Shown one piece after another: positions 1-9,149 of a stretch of 64,000 bases of DNA (positions are counted from its first letter, which is position 1; each line of letters starts with the position of its first letter). The position numbers and the translations under genes are program-made. Under the pieces are notes generated by a model. It ran no database searches. It saw nothing but the letters and a program-made list of their open reading frames with translations, and was not told the origin of the DNA. Origin of the DNA: an uncultured bacterium (GTDB taxonomy: Bacteria > B130-G9). Where the stretch lies: NCBI GenBank assembly GCA_965372715.1, contig CBDVDH010000003.1, positions 34,495 to 98,494 of the forward strand. The letters are read 5' to 3'.

Positions 1-2
1 CT

Positions 3-716
3 GAGGAGGGTGTTCCGCTTGGGAGCCATGTCGACATTCTGTCGTTCGAGGAGATACGCGAAGTCACCGAAACGGCGGTTAAGATGGGCATTGACAAGGT
101 GCGAATCACCGGCGGCGAGCCACTTGTCCGGCGGGGCATCGTCAGTCTCGTCTCGATGCTCGCAGACATCGATGGGGTCCGCGACCTCTCGATGACGACT
201 AACGGCACATTCTTGAGTGAATTCGCCGCGCCTCTGAAGAGGGCCGGCTTGCATCGACTGAACATAAGCCTCGACGCGCTCGACCCCTCAAGATACCATG
301 AGGTTACCCGTGGGGGTGAGGTCAGCCGGGTTCTGGAAGGCATCCGGGCCGCGGTCGATGCTGGTTTTGAGGGCACGAGGCTCAACTGTGTGGTCAAGGC
401 GTCCTCGTCCGAGCCTGACGCGGTCGCGGTCAGACGATTTGCGGAGGCAAACGGGCTTGAGGCGCGCTTCATACGGCGGATGGATATTGAAAGAGGCGAG
501 TTCTGGGTGGTCGAGGGCGGCGCGGGCGGCGACTGCAAAACCTGCAACCGACTGAGGCTCACGAGCAACGGCTTGGTCAAGCCATGCCTCTTCAGCGACG
601 TAGCTTTTTCGTGTCGGGAATTGGGCCCGGAGGAGGCGCTTAGGTGTGCCGTCCAGGCGAAGCCCGAGTCGGGTTATTCCGGGGCGGAGAACAAGTTCTA
701 CAGCATGGGAGGTTGA
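3..716 (+). CDS. moaA: GTP 3',8-cyclase MoaA (molybdenum cofactor biosynthesis protein A), 5'-truncated by the window edge
   Basis: Frame 3 is open from nt 3. The translation ...LSFEEIREVTETAVKMGIDKVRITGGEPLVRRGIVSLV...TTNGTFL...LNISLDALDP... is a typical MoaA middle/C-terminal region, including the C-terminal GG motif. It ends at TGA 714-716. Confidence 0.9.
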   Translation, partial: EEGVPLGSHVDILSFEEIREVTETAVKMGIDKVRITGGEPLVRRGIVSLVSMLADIDGVRDLSMTTNGTFLSEFAAPLKRAGLHRLNISLDALDPSRYHEVTRGGEVSRVLEGIRAAVDAGFEGTRLNCVVKASSSEPDAVAVRRFAEANGLEARFIRRMDIERGEFWVVEGGAGGDCKTCNRLRLTSNGLVKPCLFSDVAFSCRELGPEEALRCAVQAKPESGYSGAENKFYSMGG

Positions 717-717
717 T

Positions 718-1176
718 ATGGTCACCGGTTTTTCACACGTCGATGAGAAGGGCCGTGTCAGGATGGTTGACATCGGCAAGAAAACACCGCAGCTTCGCGT
801 TGCGAGAGCTTCGGGCCACATTAAACTCGCGGAGGCAACTGTCAAACTGATCGCCGACAACAACATCAAGAAAGGCGACGTGTTGACGGTGGCCGAAATC
901 GCCGGAGTGCAGGCCGCGAAATGCACGCCTCAGCTCATCCCGCTCTGTCATCCGTTACCTATCACGAAGGTCGATGTCAAGGCCACGTTGCACCCGGACG
1001 GGGTCTCGATCGAGAGCGAGGTCTCCTGCATCGCAAGGACAGGCGTCGAAATGGAGGCGCTGACGGCAGTGTCTGTCGCGCTGCTTTCGGTCTATGACAT
1101 GTGCAAGGCCGTCGATAAAAGCATGAAGATCGGTGAGATAGTCCTGCTGGAGAAAGTGAAGACGCCCATAGGTTGA
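718..1176 (+). CDS. moaC: Cyclic pyranopterin monophosphate synthase MoaC
   Basis: MVTGFSHVDEKGRVRMVDIGKK...LTVAEIAGVQAAK.T.QLIPLCHPLP...EMEALTAVSVALLSVYDMCKAV is the MoaC signature. ATG at 718 follows a GGAGG RBS (706-710) immediately after the moaA stop, so the upstream M at 646 overlapping moaA is unlikely to be the start. Confidence 0.9.
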   Translation: MVTGFSHVDEKGRVRMVDIGKKTPQLRVARASGHIKLAEATVKLIADNNIKKGDVLTVAEIAGVQAAKCTPQLIPLCHPLPITKVDVKATLHPDGVSIESEVSCIARTGVEMEALTAVSVALLSVYDMCKAVDKSMKIGEIVLLEKVKTPIG

Positions 1177-1234
1177 GGACGTCCTCAATCTGTGTTATCT
1201 GCGTAATCTGCGGATGAACAAGGGCTGACCAACA

Positions 1235-2194
1235 ATGCGTAAGACCTGTCCAACACACAAAGGGACCGTATTATCGGTCAACATCTCGACCCAAAAAGGC
1301 ACGATAAAGACACCTGTCAAGAGTGCTAATGTCACCGAGCGGGGCATCGAGGGCGATGCGCACGCTGGTCAGTCTCATCGCCAGGTTAGCCTGCTGAGTC
1401 AGGAGAGCATCGACCGCTTCTCGACCCGGGTGGGGCGTGAGTTTGCGCCGGGTGAGTTCGCCGAGAACATCACCACACGGGGCATCGACCTATCACAAGT
1501 TGCGTTACTGGACCAGCTTGGCGTCGGCGAGACTCGTCTTGAGGTGACTCAGATCGGGAAAGCCTGCCACCCGGACGGGTGCGCCATCTTCAAGCAGGTT
1601 GGACAGTGTGTCATGCCCAAGGACGGCATCTTCTGCCGGGTGCTTCACGGTGGTAGGATCGAGCCCGGCGACACCATCAGATATTACCCACGTGGTCTAA
1701 CGTCTCGGGTTATCACTCTCAGTGACCGGGCGAGCCGGGGTGAATACGAGGACAAAAGCGGGCCTCTCGTCACCGTCATTCTAAATAGTTTTTTCGGGCC
1801 CAAACGTTGGCGCCTCGAAATCGAGGGTTACGTGCTTCCCGATGACCCGGACAAGCTTAGAGACCACCTTGAGCGGGCGCGCCAGGACAAGGTCGATGTG
1901 ATCATCACGACCGGCGGGACGGGGCTAGGCCCCCACGACATCACCCCGGACGTTGTTGCGCCTCTCTGCGACAAGCTCATCCCAGGAATCATGGAGCACA
2001 TTCGGCTCAGATACGGACAAGACAAGCCGAATGCACTCTTGAGCCGCTCCATCGCTGGCGTCATGGGGCAGACGCTCATCTACACGCTCCCAGGCAGCGT
2101 CCGCGCCGTCGAGGAATACATGACCGAGATACTCAAGACGCTGGAGCATCTAATCCTGACGGTCCACGGCATCGATCCACATACGCCCGACTAA
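1235..2194 (+). CDS. MOSC-domain / MoaB-MogA (molybdopterin-binding) fusion protein
   Basis: The N-terminal ~150 aa resemble a MOSC beta-barrel (GDAHAG...QVSLLSQES...GEFAENITTRGIDL...G.T.LEVTQIGKACH). The C-terminal ~150 aa carry a MogA/MoaB fold (DVIITTGGTGLGPHDITPDVVAPL...IPGI...SRSIAGVMGQTLIYTLPGSVRAVEEY). It lies in the moaA-moaC context. Confidence 0.7.
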   Translation: MRKTCPTHKGTVLSVNISTQKGTIKTPVKSANVTERGIEGDAHAGQSHRQVSLLSQESIDRFSTRVGREFAPGEFAENITTRGIDLSQVALLDQLGVGETRLEVTQIGKACHPDGCAIFKQVGQCVMPKDGIFCRVLHGGRIEPGDTIRYYPRGLTSRVITLSDRASRGEYEDKSGPLVTVILNSFFGPKRWRLEIEGYVLPDDPDKLRDHLERARQDKVDVIITTGGTGLGPHDITPDVVAPLCDKLIPGIMEHIRLRYGQDKPNALLSRSIAGVMGQTLIYTLPGSVRAVEEYMTEILKTLEHLILTVHGIDPHTPD

Positions 2195-2575
2195 GTCGGG
2201 AAGTCGGACAAGTTCAAAGTTCAAAGTCTCAAGTTGACGTTGCCCTTCATCGCCATTCGTGCTTATTCGTGTGCATTCGTGATTCCCCTCTTCCGCTAAG
2301 AACTGTCCCAAATTGGACAACTAGGGAAACAGCGTATTGCCATATACAGCGCACAACGTCGGTGAACAGTGGGCTAATGCGCTAGATTCACGGTCGTCCG
2401 GATTCAGGGCCGGCTTAGATTGAGGGCCCGTTCTCCGCCTCATCCGACGTCACAGCCATGACACACTGGTGTGGGGCGGGCTTTCAGCCTGCCAGAGTCC
2501 GGGTTTCCCGCGGCGAGCCCCGCCCGCTTGATGGAAACCACGAATGAACACAAATAACCACGAATCAACGGGGCG

Positions 2576-2728
2576 TGTAGGGGCGGCTCAGGGAGGCTGG
2601 GTCATAAGTCGTTGCGGTTATGTAGGGGCGTGGTCTCAGCCCCGCCCTTTCGAATTGATGGTCGCATAAGATGCCTCGTATCCGCAGGGATTCATGTACG
2701 CGGGCGGGTCTGAGACACCGCCCCTACA
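2576..2728. repeat. Composite GC-rich hairpin repeat (family A: GTAGGGGCG / CGCCCCTAC arms plus GGCTGGGTCATAAGTC motif)
   Basis: Two GTAGGGGCG...CGCCCCTAC-type stem-loops. Related copies at 48362-48535, 53576-53680, 56473-56510 and 58401-58439. A partial inverted copy lies at 2835-2875 (GACTTATGACCCAGCCTCCAGGAGCCGCCC). Confidence 0.65.
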
Positions 2729-3522
2729 GGCCGATTCCGACAATCGCGTCGCGAATGAAAACTGCCGCGTTGATCTTGACAATCGGCCGTATTCCCTGTA
2801 TCGTTGTTGTGTGAATAGACAACGAAATCCTCGTCAATTGACTTATGACCCAGCCTCCAGGAGCCGCCCTCCGCAGAATCATTAGGGATTGTGCACGCAA
2901 GAATAACAGTGTCGTAACCCCGGACTTATTGGACAGCCTCTGGAACCCGGGGGCTAATACAACCGTGACCTGATGCATCGCCACTGCTTGCGCCGGGCGA
3001 TGATTTGCCAACCGCCAACTGGCAACTGCTAACTGCTAACTGGTAACCGCCCGATAGACGGCTTCGACTCGCCGAAGGACAGGCGAACTACGGCGGACTA
3101 TGTGGACAAGAAGGGAAATTGGGGACGACCTATGCCCGCCAGAAAGGTTCAATGCGGTCCCTGACGAATCCTGAAACGGCTGATCGCAAGAGGTCCTTAG
3201 CGCACCGCCTCGTTCCAGTTTGTGCCCGCTGTGAACGCGGCTGTAAACACCTTGTCCAGCAGCGATTCAAGGACACGGGCATGCGGTCGAGGCAAAACGG
3301 CTTCGGAAACTTGATGGCCTTTAGATACGTCGCAAAGTCGCAACGCCTCGATACGCGCTGGAACCAATTCAAGGAAGCGGCGTGACAATTACCCACAATC
3401 TGGACACAGACCCAGGCCAAGGGGCCGGGGGCACTGTTTGACAATTGAGCTTACACAGCCGATAGTTGCTGCTCAAACATCAGCATAGTAATTGGCAAAC
3501 TCTGAAAGGATAGGGGGTCGAG

Positions 3523-5703
3523 ATGGAACTCTGGCCGGACAGCATCTTGTCACAGAACCTACGGCTTCGGCGATGGTTCTTGGTCGGGCTGGTTCTGCTG
3601 CCGCTCATCCTGACGTTTCCGGCAATTCGAGCATATTACCAGGGCCAGGCTTGGGCGGACTTCAGACCGCAGACGTGGGCTGAGATAGGGGGTTATGTAA
3701 CCGCTGACTACGAATACTGGGAGCCAGAGTTCTATAGGCCACTGGCCAGGATACTACCAGCGCTGGAATACAAGCTTTTCGGCACGAACCCGGTTGTACC
3801 CAGAGCAGTCTTTTTTGTGGCCTATTCTGCAACCTGTCTTCTAGTGTTTCTCATTGTAGAGGCGTTGTCTGGAAGCTTCCTTACAGCTGCGGCCGCTTCT
3901 CTGATCTTCACGGTTATGCCAAGTCACGTTCTTCCTGTCTTCAAGATGTCGCCGAATATCACGGCGGTTTGGATGTGTTTGGCATTATTGACGTTCTGGC
4001 TGTTGGGACCTGGCTATCACAGGAAGCCATCCTGGCGTAAGGTTGCGATTGCCTTCGCCTCATATTTAGCTGGGATACTCTCATATCCACACGTACTACT
4101 CATCCCCGTCTTACTACTCGCTTATGAGCTACTGTGGGGGGCGCAGGATGCTCGGAGTTCTGTGAAGAGAACCTTACTCAGGCTGCATCTGCCGCTGTGG
4201 CTGATCACTGGGATGTTTTTGGCTCTGAGGTGGCGCCTTTTGAGCCGGCTGAGCGGGGAGGCAGATTGGTACCTGAACGGGGTCAAAACACTTACGATCA
4301 CCAAAGCTGCCGAGACAATGATCTGCCTGGTCTATGGAGGTATTTTCCCACTTCAGCTATCGCCGGCGCTTATTACTGCTAGCCTGCTTTTGCTTTATTT
4401 CGGTTTCCGGTCAAACTGGCGTTTCTCGCTATTCTTGCTGATATGGATAGTGATCGCCCCCTCCTTCAGCTACGCACATGCCGAGTTGTTGTGGCAGCGG
4501 CTCTACCTCTTCACATTTGGGGCTGCGGCTTTTATCAGCTATGTTCTGGTTTTCTGCCTTGGTGGGCTTCTGGACTCGAAACGGCACTCGGAGCGGCTAT
4601 CCCGGATTCTCTCTGTCCTAGATTGGGCGATTGCGATACTGATTGGTTACTGGGTGTTCGAGTTGCTGAGGATGGGTTGGGCGGATATGTTCCTTGGAGA
4701 GAGTCTGAACGGGCGTCTGAGATTCGTGGCTGCCGCCATTGTGGCAATTGCTGTTGTCCTGCGGTCTATTGTCTCCAAGAACGTAACGCCAAGATTCTCC
4801 AAGCAGCCGCTCAGATTCATCTCGGTTGGCCTCGTTGCGGTCATAATTGGTGCTTACGGCGCTGGTTTCGTGAACCAGCTGGGAATGAACGTTGCCCTAT
4901 CAGACGAGATGGAAATGGTCCCCAAAGCAATTGTCAAGGTCCAGCCGCAGGTGCCGGACAACACGCTGATCTTAGTTGTGGTAGGCGATGAGCTCTTGAG
5001 TAAGCTGGGAAGCTCTCTCGGCCAGCTGGATGACTGCCTACGCAGCGAGTATGGCAAGAACGTGAGTTCGTATATCTTTAGCGATTGGGTGAGGATGGCT
5101 CAATACCGAAAGATACCCCAACAGACTACCGTTTTAGCTTTCAGGTTTGACGGTGAGCGAGCTGTCCGGGACCAAGAGCTTGCCGCTCGGATACTTGCCA
5201 GGCAGCGCTCCTATCTTGGGCTCTCCTCGGATGTAATACATGCCCAAGTTCGCGCTCTCCCGGCTGTGGCTGGCGATTTTCGCCTCACGCCCAACGTAGA
5301 TTCGATGTTAATCGACAAGGCAGAGCTACATATCGAGGCCCCAGTGGATGAGGTTGTAGCTCGGGTTGAGTTTGGGTCGGATGGGCTGCTGCTGGGTGTC
5401 ATGGAACTCCAGGCTCACGTGGAGGGGACAAAGGCTACAATCGCTCTGGATCGGCAGCATCAATGGCAGCTGGCTGGTGTCCTAGACTGGGTCAGCATCT
5501 CCGCAGTTCCGCGGGGTAAGCCCGTGACTATTCGCCAGGCCAGCCTGCTACAAACAAGAGGCCTGATTGTTGCTGTTCTACCGCAACATAAGCCGGTTGG
5601 GGCCGTCACATTCCTGCTCGGGAGCTCAACCCAACGCCCCTTTGAAAAGGTAACCACATTCCTTATGGCGGACGAGACTGAACGGTGCATCGCGATCCCA
5701 TGA
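3523..5703 (+). CDS. Polytopic membrane protein, possibly a GT-C-fold glycosyltransferase, with a ~330-aa C-terminal extracytoplasmic domain
   Basis: AGGGGG RBS before ATG 3523. About 11 predicted TM helices in the first ~400 aa. An acidic/aromatic loop (DYEYWEPEFYRP) follows TM1, as in GT-C enzymes (ArnT/PMT-like). It sits next to WecA-like and Glf-like genes. Function is inferred from topology and context only. Confidence 0.45.
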   Translation: MELWPDSILSQNLRLRRWFLVGLVLLPLILTFPAIRAYYQGQAWADFRPQTWAEIGGYVTADYEYWEPEFYRPLARILPALEYKLFGTNPVVPRAVFFVAYSATCLLVFLIVEALSGSFLTAAAASLIFTVMPSHVLPVFKMSPNITAVWMCLALLTFWLLGPGYHRKPSWRKVAIAFASYLAGILSYPHVLLIPVLLLAYELLWGAQDARSSVKRTLLRLHLPLWLITGMFLALRWRLLSRLSGEADWYLNGVKTLTITKAAETMICLVYGGIFPLQLSPALITASLLLLYFGFRSNWRFSLFLLIWIVIAPSFSYAHAELLWQRLYLFTFGAAAFISYVLVFCLGGLLDSKRHSERLSRILSVLDWAIAILIGYWVFELLRMGWADMFLGESLNGRLRFVAAAIVAIAVVLRSIVSKNVTPRFSKQPLRFISVGLVAVIIGAYGAGFVNQLGMNVALSDEMEMVPKAIVKVQPQVPDNTLILVVVGDELLSKLGSSLGQLDDCLRSEYGKNVSSYIFSDWVRMAQYRKIPQQTTVLAFRFDGERAVRDQELAARILARQRSYLGLSSDVIHAQVRALPAVAGDFRLTPNVDSMLIDKAELHIEAPVDEVVARVEFGSDGLLLGVMELQAHVEGTKATIALDRQHQWQLAGVLDWVSISAVPRGKPVTIRQASLLQTRGLIVAVLPQHKPVGAVTFLLGSSTQRPFEKVTTFLMADETERCIAIP

Positions 5704-5872
5704 TTCAGCACCGATTCTCACGAGCGTTATCACCGTCATGATTTGGCCAAGATTCATGTGGGTTTTTGTGGTAGTTCGAGGTTCGAATTGGATGGAGATT
5801 GTCTTGTCATTGAGCCAGGGGACGGCGACTGCCAACCGCCAACTGCCAACTTGCAGCCGCTCGATAAGACGG

Positions 5873-6994
5873 CTATTGCTTCAGAGCTTCGTGGGAATCG
5901 CTGTCAGTTGAGCCGCGAGCCACCTTCGCCGCCAGGGACGCAACGTGTTTCTCAAGGTATGCGAGCGTCTTCAGCGCTAGGACGAGGCCCATTGCCAGGA
6001 TAATCAGGATAAGGAAGGTGTATTTGAACGGGATAAGGACCGTGATGAAGGCGATGACGCCGAGATATGCGGAGATGAAATAGATCAGTTTGACCGCTTG
6101 GCGCTGCGACAGCCCGAGAGCGAGCAGCCTGTGGTGCAGATGCTCCCGGTCGCCCTCAAACGGGTGCGTTCCTCGAATGAGCCTCCTCAAGAAGGCGAGC
6201 ACAGTGTCCATCAGGGGGACCGCCATCGAGGCAATTGGGACCAAAAGGGCGACCGCGACTGTGCTTTTTGAGGCGCCGAGAAGCGACATTGCGGCGAATA
6301 TGAACCCGAGGCACATGCTTCCGGTGTCGCCCATGAAGATGCTTGCGGGAGAGAAATTGTACTTGAGGAACCCCAGGACGGCGCCGGCGACCGCGAGAGA
6401 CAGGAGGCCGATCTCGTAATCACCCCGATAGACCGCCACCGACATCATCGTGAGTGAGGCGATGAAGACGATGCCTGCTGCGAGTCCGTCGAGGCCATCT
6501 ATGAGGTTTATTGAGTTGGTTAGGCCCACGACCCAGAGCACGGTCAGCATCACGCCAACTATGGCCGGAACGGCAATTGAGCCGGTTTCCGAAAGCGGCG
6601 ACGTGAATTTCTCGATATTGAAGCCATAGACAAGGAGCACGATTGCCGCAGCTATCTGCCCCGCAAGCTTGACAGTTGGCCGCGCGCCCTTGGTGTCGTC
6701 GTAGATGCCCACTCCCATCAGGATGAGGCATCCGAGGAAGATACCGGTCAGCTTGCTGCCCAGCAATTCTCCCAGGTCAGGGTGCAGGGACGTGCCCAGA
6801 AGGACCGCGGCCACAAACGCGACGATAATCGCAATGCCGCCGAGCGATGGTATCGGATGGGGGTGAATCTTCCGACGACCCGGCACGTCCATAGCGCCGA
6901 CGCGCCTCGCAAACGCTCTGACGACCGGGGTGAGAATCAAAGAAACCACCGTGCCGGCTGTGATAACGATGACGTATGTAAGCGGCAGGCTCAT
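5873..6994 (-). CDS. Polyprenyl-phosphate N-acetylhexosamine-1-phosphate transferase (WecA/TagO/MraY family, GT4 superfamily)
   Basis: Multi-TM protein with the MraY/WecA motifs NSINLIDGLDGLA and DDxxG (GIYDDTKG) and a HHRLL-type cytoplasmic loop. Confidence 0.8.
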   Translation of the reverse strand: MSLPLTYVIVITAGTVVSLILTPVVRAFARRVGAMDVPGRRKIHPHPIPSLGGIAIIVAFVAAVLLGTSLHPDLGELLGSKLTGIFLGCLILMGVGIYDDTKGARPTVKLAGQIAAAIVLLVYGFNIEKFTSPLSETGSIAVPAIVGVMLTVLWVVGLTNSINLIDGLDGLAAGIVFIASLTMMSVAVYRGDYEIGLLSLAVAGAVLGFLKYNFSPASIFMGDTGSMCLGFIFAAMSLLGASKSTVAVALLVPIASMAVPLMDTVLAFLRRLIRGTHPFEGDREHLHHRLLALGLSQRQAVKLIYFISAYLGVIAFITVLIPFKYTFLILIILAMGLVLALKTLAYLEKHVASLAAKVARGSTDSDSHEALKQ

Positions 6995-7003
6995 TCAATA
7001 GTT

Positions 7004-7156
7004 CCAAGTTTCAAGTTTCAAGTTCAAGGTCGAAGGCCCAAAGTCAGTTGTCAGTTGGCCGTATTCATCCTTCATGCTTCATCCCTCTTCTGTGTCTCTG
7101 TGTCTCTGTGGTTCACTGCAATCCGCAATCGGCAATCCGCAATCGGCAATCCGCAG
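7004..7156. repeat. Cluster of short triple-tandem motifs in the wecA-like/glf-like intergenic region
   Basis: CAAGTTTCAAGTTTCAAGTTCAAGG (7004-7029). CTGTGTCTCTGTGTCTCTGTGG (7090-7111). GCAATCCGCAATCGGCAATCCGCAATCGGCAATCCGCAG (7118-7156). Confidence 0.7.
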
Positions 7157-7158
7157 TT

Positions 7159-8511
7159 TCATGACAGTTTCGTCCAGACTCTTTCTCTCTCATCCAGAAG
7201 GAGCCTGTCAATGGCCTCTTTGCCCTGCATGAAGGAGTGGTCGGTGTTGCCGACCTCGTATCGCCAGCCGCCAAATCTGCCCCGCGAGAGAATATCATGC
7301 GCCTCAAAGAACTCGAGCATCAGCTTTAGGTTCTTGTCTCGGTCCAGCGTCGGGACGGGGTAGGAGCGCTGGACCTTGATGACCTTCGTGCTTACAACCG
7401 CGTCGAAGTCCTCCGGCGAGATAAGTCCCGCTGCGACCAGGCCGTCCAGCGTGCTTTTCACCGCGTCGGCCGCGACCCTATCGACTTCGTTCGGCTGGCA
7501 AGAGACCTCGCAAACGAGCGAGTAATGGCCCGCCTCGGGCACGTTGTTGGGCGAGTAGTTGGAGAAATAGGTAACGCGGTAGAACGGGCAGTTGCTCTCC
7601 GGGAAATACATCCAGCACTTGTCGCTGGGGCACGGCTTTTCAAAGCCCAGGCCGATCATCACGCCAGCCGTAGTTCCAAGCCCGGAGGCCGCGTCACGCA
7701 CATCATCCGGCGCGCCTCGCGTGATTGAGGCCAGTTCGTCGAGCGGGATGCTGCTCAGAAGCGCGTCGTAGGTCGTTCGCTCGCCATTTTCAAACTGGAT
7801 GGTCTTGGCTCTAGGATCGAGGGAAACGATCCGGCGCCTCAGGTGGAGATGGTCCTCGATGTGACGTCGGTAGCCCTCAAACATCGCCCCAGTGCCGCCG
7901 TTGAGCGGGAACCTGAACTTGCTGTTGGGGCCCCAGCCGACGTCGTCCCGCTCGAGGATTACGTTGCTCAGCACCCTCTCAAAATCGATGACGCTGACTC
8001 GGTCGGCAATCCAATCCTTCGAAATCCTTTCGAGCGGGAACTTCCAGACCATGTCGTTATACGGAACCATAAAGTGCTTGGAGATGCCCTTCCCGAAGAC
8101 CGCGTCAATCCACTCTCGAAAGTTGCCAACGGGCCGTTCATTCCTCGACGCCTCCAGCAAGCCGACGAGGCATTCGAGAACCACGTCGCTTCTAAGATAG
8201 CGGATGTTATTCTGAAATGGATACGGGACCCATCTGCCGTGTATCCTCACGAAACTCCGCCGCTCGTGCGCGAGGTAATCGTCGCCCAGAACGCCGTCGA
8301 TATACCTATCGAAGTAGTCGTAGTGCGAAAACAAGACGTGGCCGCCGATGTCCCACACGAAGCCCTTATCATCCGAAAAGGACGCCGCAAGCCCACCGAC
8401 GTAGTCGTTCTGCTCGTATATGTCCCAGTCCTTGTAGCCCAATTCGTTCAGCCGATACGCAGCGCCAATGCCCGTCGGCCCCGCGCCCAGGATTACAATT
8501 CTCTTTTTCAA
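7159..8511 (-). CDS. FAD/NAD(P)-binding flavoenzyme, UDP-galactopyranose mutase (Glf)-like
   Basis: N-terminal Rossmann GxGxxG (ILGAGPTGIGAAY). The region IYEQNDYVGGLAAS...WDIGGHVLFSHYDYFDRYIDG parallels Glf (D.R.HIGGN...GPHIFHT). The C-terminal GGWRYEVGNTDHSF parallels Glf GRLGTYRYLDMD. At 450 aa it is longer than canonical Glf. Confidence 0.6.
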   Translation of the reverse strand: MKKRIVILGAGPTGIGAAYRLNELGYKDWDIYEQNDYVGGLAASFSDDKGFVWDIGGHVLFSHYDYFDRYIDGVLGDDYLAHERRSFVRIHGRWVPYPFQNNIRYLRSDVVLECLVGLLEASRNERPVGNFREWIDAVFGKGISKHFMVPYNDMVWKFPLERISKDWIADRVSVIDFERVLSNVILERDDVGWGPNSKFRFPLNGGTGAMFEGYRRHIEDHLHLRRRIVSLDPRAKTIQFENGERTTYDALLSSIPLDELASITRGAPDDVRDAASGLGTTAGVMIGLGFEKPCPSDKCWMYFPESNCPFYRVTYFSNYSPNNVPEAGHYSLVCEVSCQPNEVDRVAADAVKSTLDGLVAAGLISPEDFDAVVSTKVIKVQRSYPVPTLDRDKNLKLMLEFFEAHDILSRGRFGGWRYEVGNTDHSFMQGKEAIDRLLLDERERVWTKLS

Positions 8512-8714
8512 TCAGTATCGCCTTCTGTTGCTGCCAGGCAGCCGCCTGACCTGGGTTGTGCGGCAGGCCGCGGAAACAACTCGCGCATCCTGGCCATTAT
8601 CTTAATCTTCTCGGCAAAAGGCAGCTGCCGAAGCCGCGCTCTCACCTTCTCTTTTTCCTCATTGAGCACTTGAAAGAACTGTTCTGAGTCTGTGATGTAA
8701 AGGAGTTTTTTCAT
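8508..8714 (-). CDS. Small hypothetical protein (68 aa), translationally coupled to the downstream Glf-like gene
   Basis: The ORF stop overlaps the Glf-like start (ATGA overlap at 8508-8511). No recognisable domain. Confidence 0.25.
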   Translation of the reverse strand: MKKLLYITDSEQFFQVLNEEKEKVRARLRQLPFAEKIKIMARMRELFPRPAAQPRSGGCLAATEGDTD

Positions 8715-8763
8715 CTAGATTCCTCCGCTCGATGCGAGATGCGAGTCTGTGGCCAGCCACCTT

Positions 8764-9138
8764 CTAATCATCCCCTGTCGGGCAGACCGTAGTCGCCTCT
8801 ACCATCAGAACCACGGTGCGCTCCGGAGCACGTGTCCGATGAACCACGCCTTTAGGGACTACCGTTGCCTGGCACGGCAACAACTCCATCGTCCTGTCCT
8901 CCAAATCAACCAGTAAACGGCCCTTGACAACGTAAAAGAGCTCATCCTCCCTCTCGTGCCGATGCCAGTGGAACTCTCCCTTTAGCACGCCGAGGCGCAC
9001 CACACACTCGTTGACTTGACAGAGCGTCTGATTGAACCAATCGTGCCTGCAGGTGCGCTCCAGCTCGGCCACATCAACTCGCTCCAAGGGCCCGAACTTG
9101 ACGTCGCCTCTGATCAGGTATTCCGTTTTCCTCTCCAC
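8764..9138 (-). CDS. Cupin-domain protein
   Basis: Two-histidine cupin motifs (GEFHWHRHEREDELFYVVKG ... PKGVVHRT), typical of the small RmlC-like cupin fold. Confidence 0.6.
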   Translation of the reverse strand: MERKTEYLIRGDVKFGPLERVDVAELERTCRHDWFNQTLCQVNECVVRLGVLKGEFHWHRHEREDELFYVVKGRLLVDLEDRTMELLPCQATVVPKGVVHRTRAPERTVVLMVEATTVCPTGDD

Positions 9139-9149
9139 TTTGCCTCGCC

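Noticed and set aside
288-926. 212-aa ORF antisense to moaA/moaC. The same applies to other long antisense ORFs: 11790..12773(-), 14048..15121(+), 24183..24812(-), 25638..26246(-), 42878..43426(-), 43470..44459(-), 46718..47434(-).
   Set aside because: Each lies entirely opposite a gene with strong, full-length family similarity. High GC content suppresses stop codons on the antisense strand. The translations are low-complexity (Arg/Ala/Ser/Pro-rich) with no motifs.
2576-2728. Could the GTAGGGGCG hairpin repeats be a CRISPR array?
   Set aside because: Repeat units are not regularly spaced. They occur in both orientations and at many scattered loci. There are no uniform spacers and no cas genes. 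They are REP/MITE-like dispersed palindromes instead.
3119-3444. Small ORFs (88 aa and 104 aa) in the 2200-3520 non-coding island.
   Set aside because: They overlap each other on opposite strands and lack RBS and motifs. The region is dominated by repeats. Non-coding is more likely.
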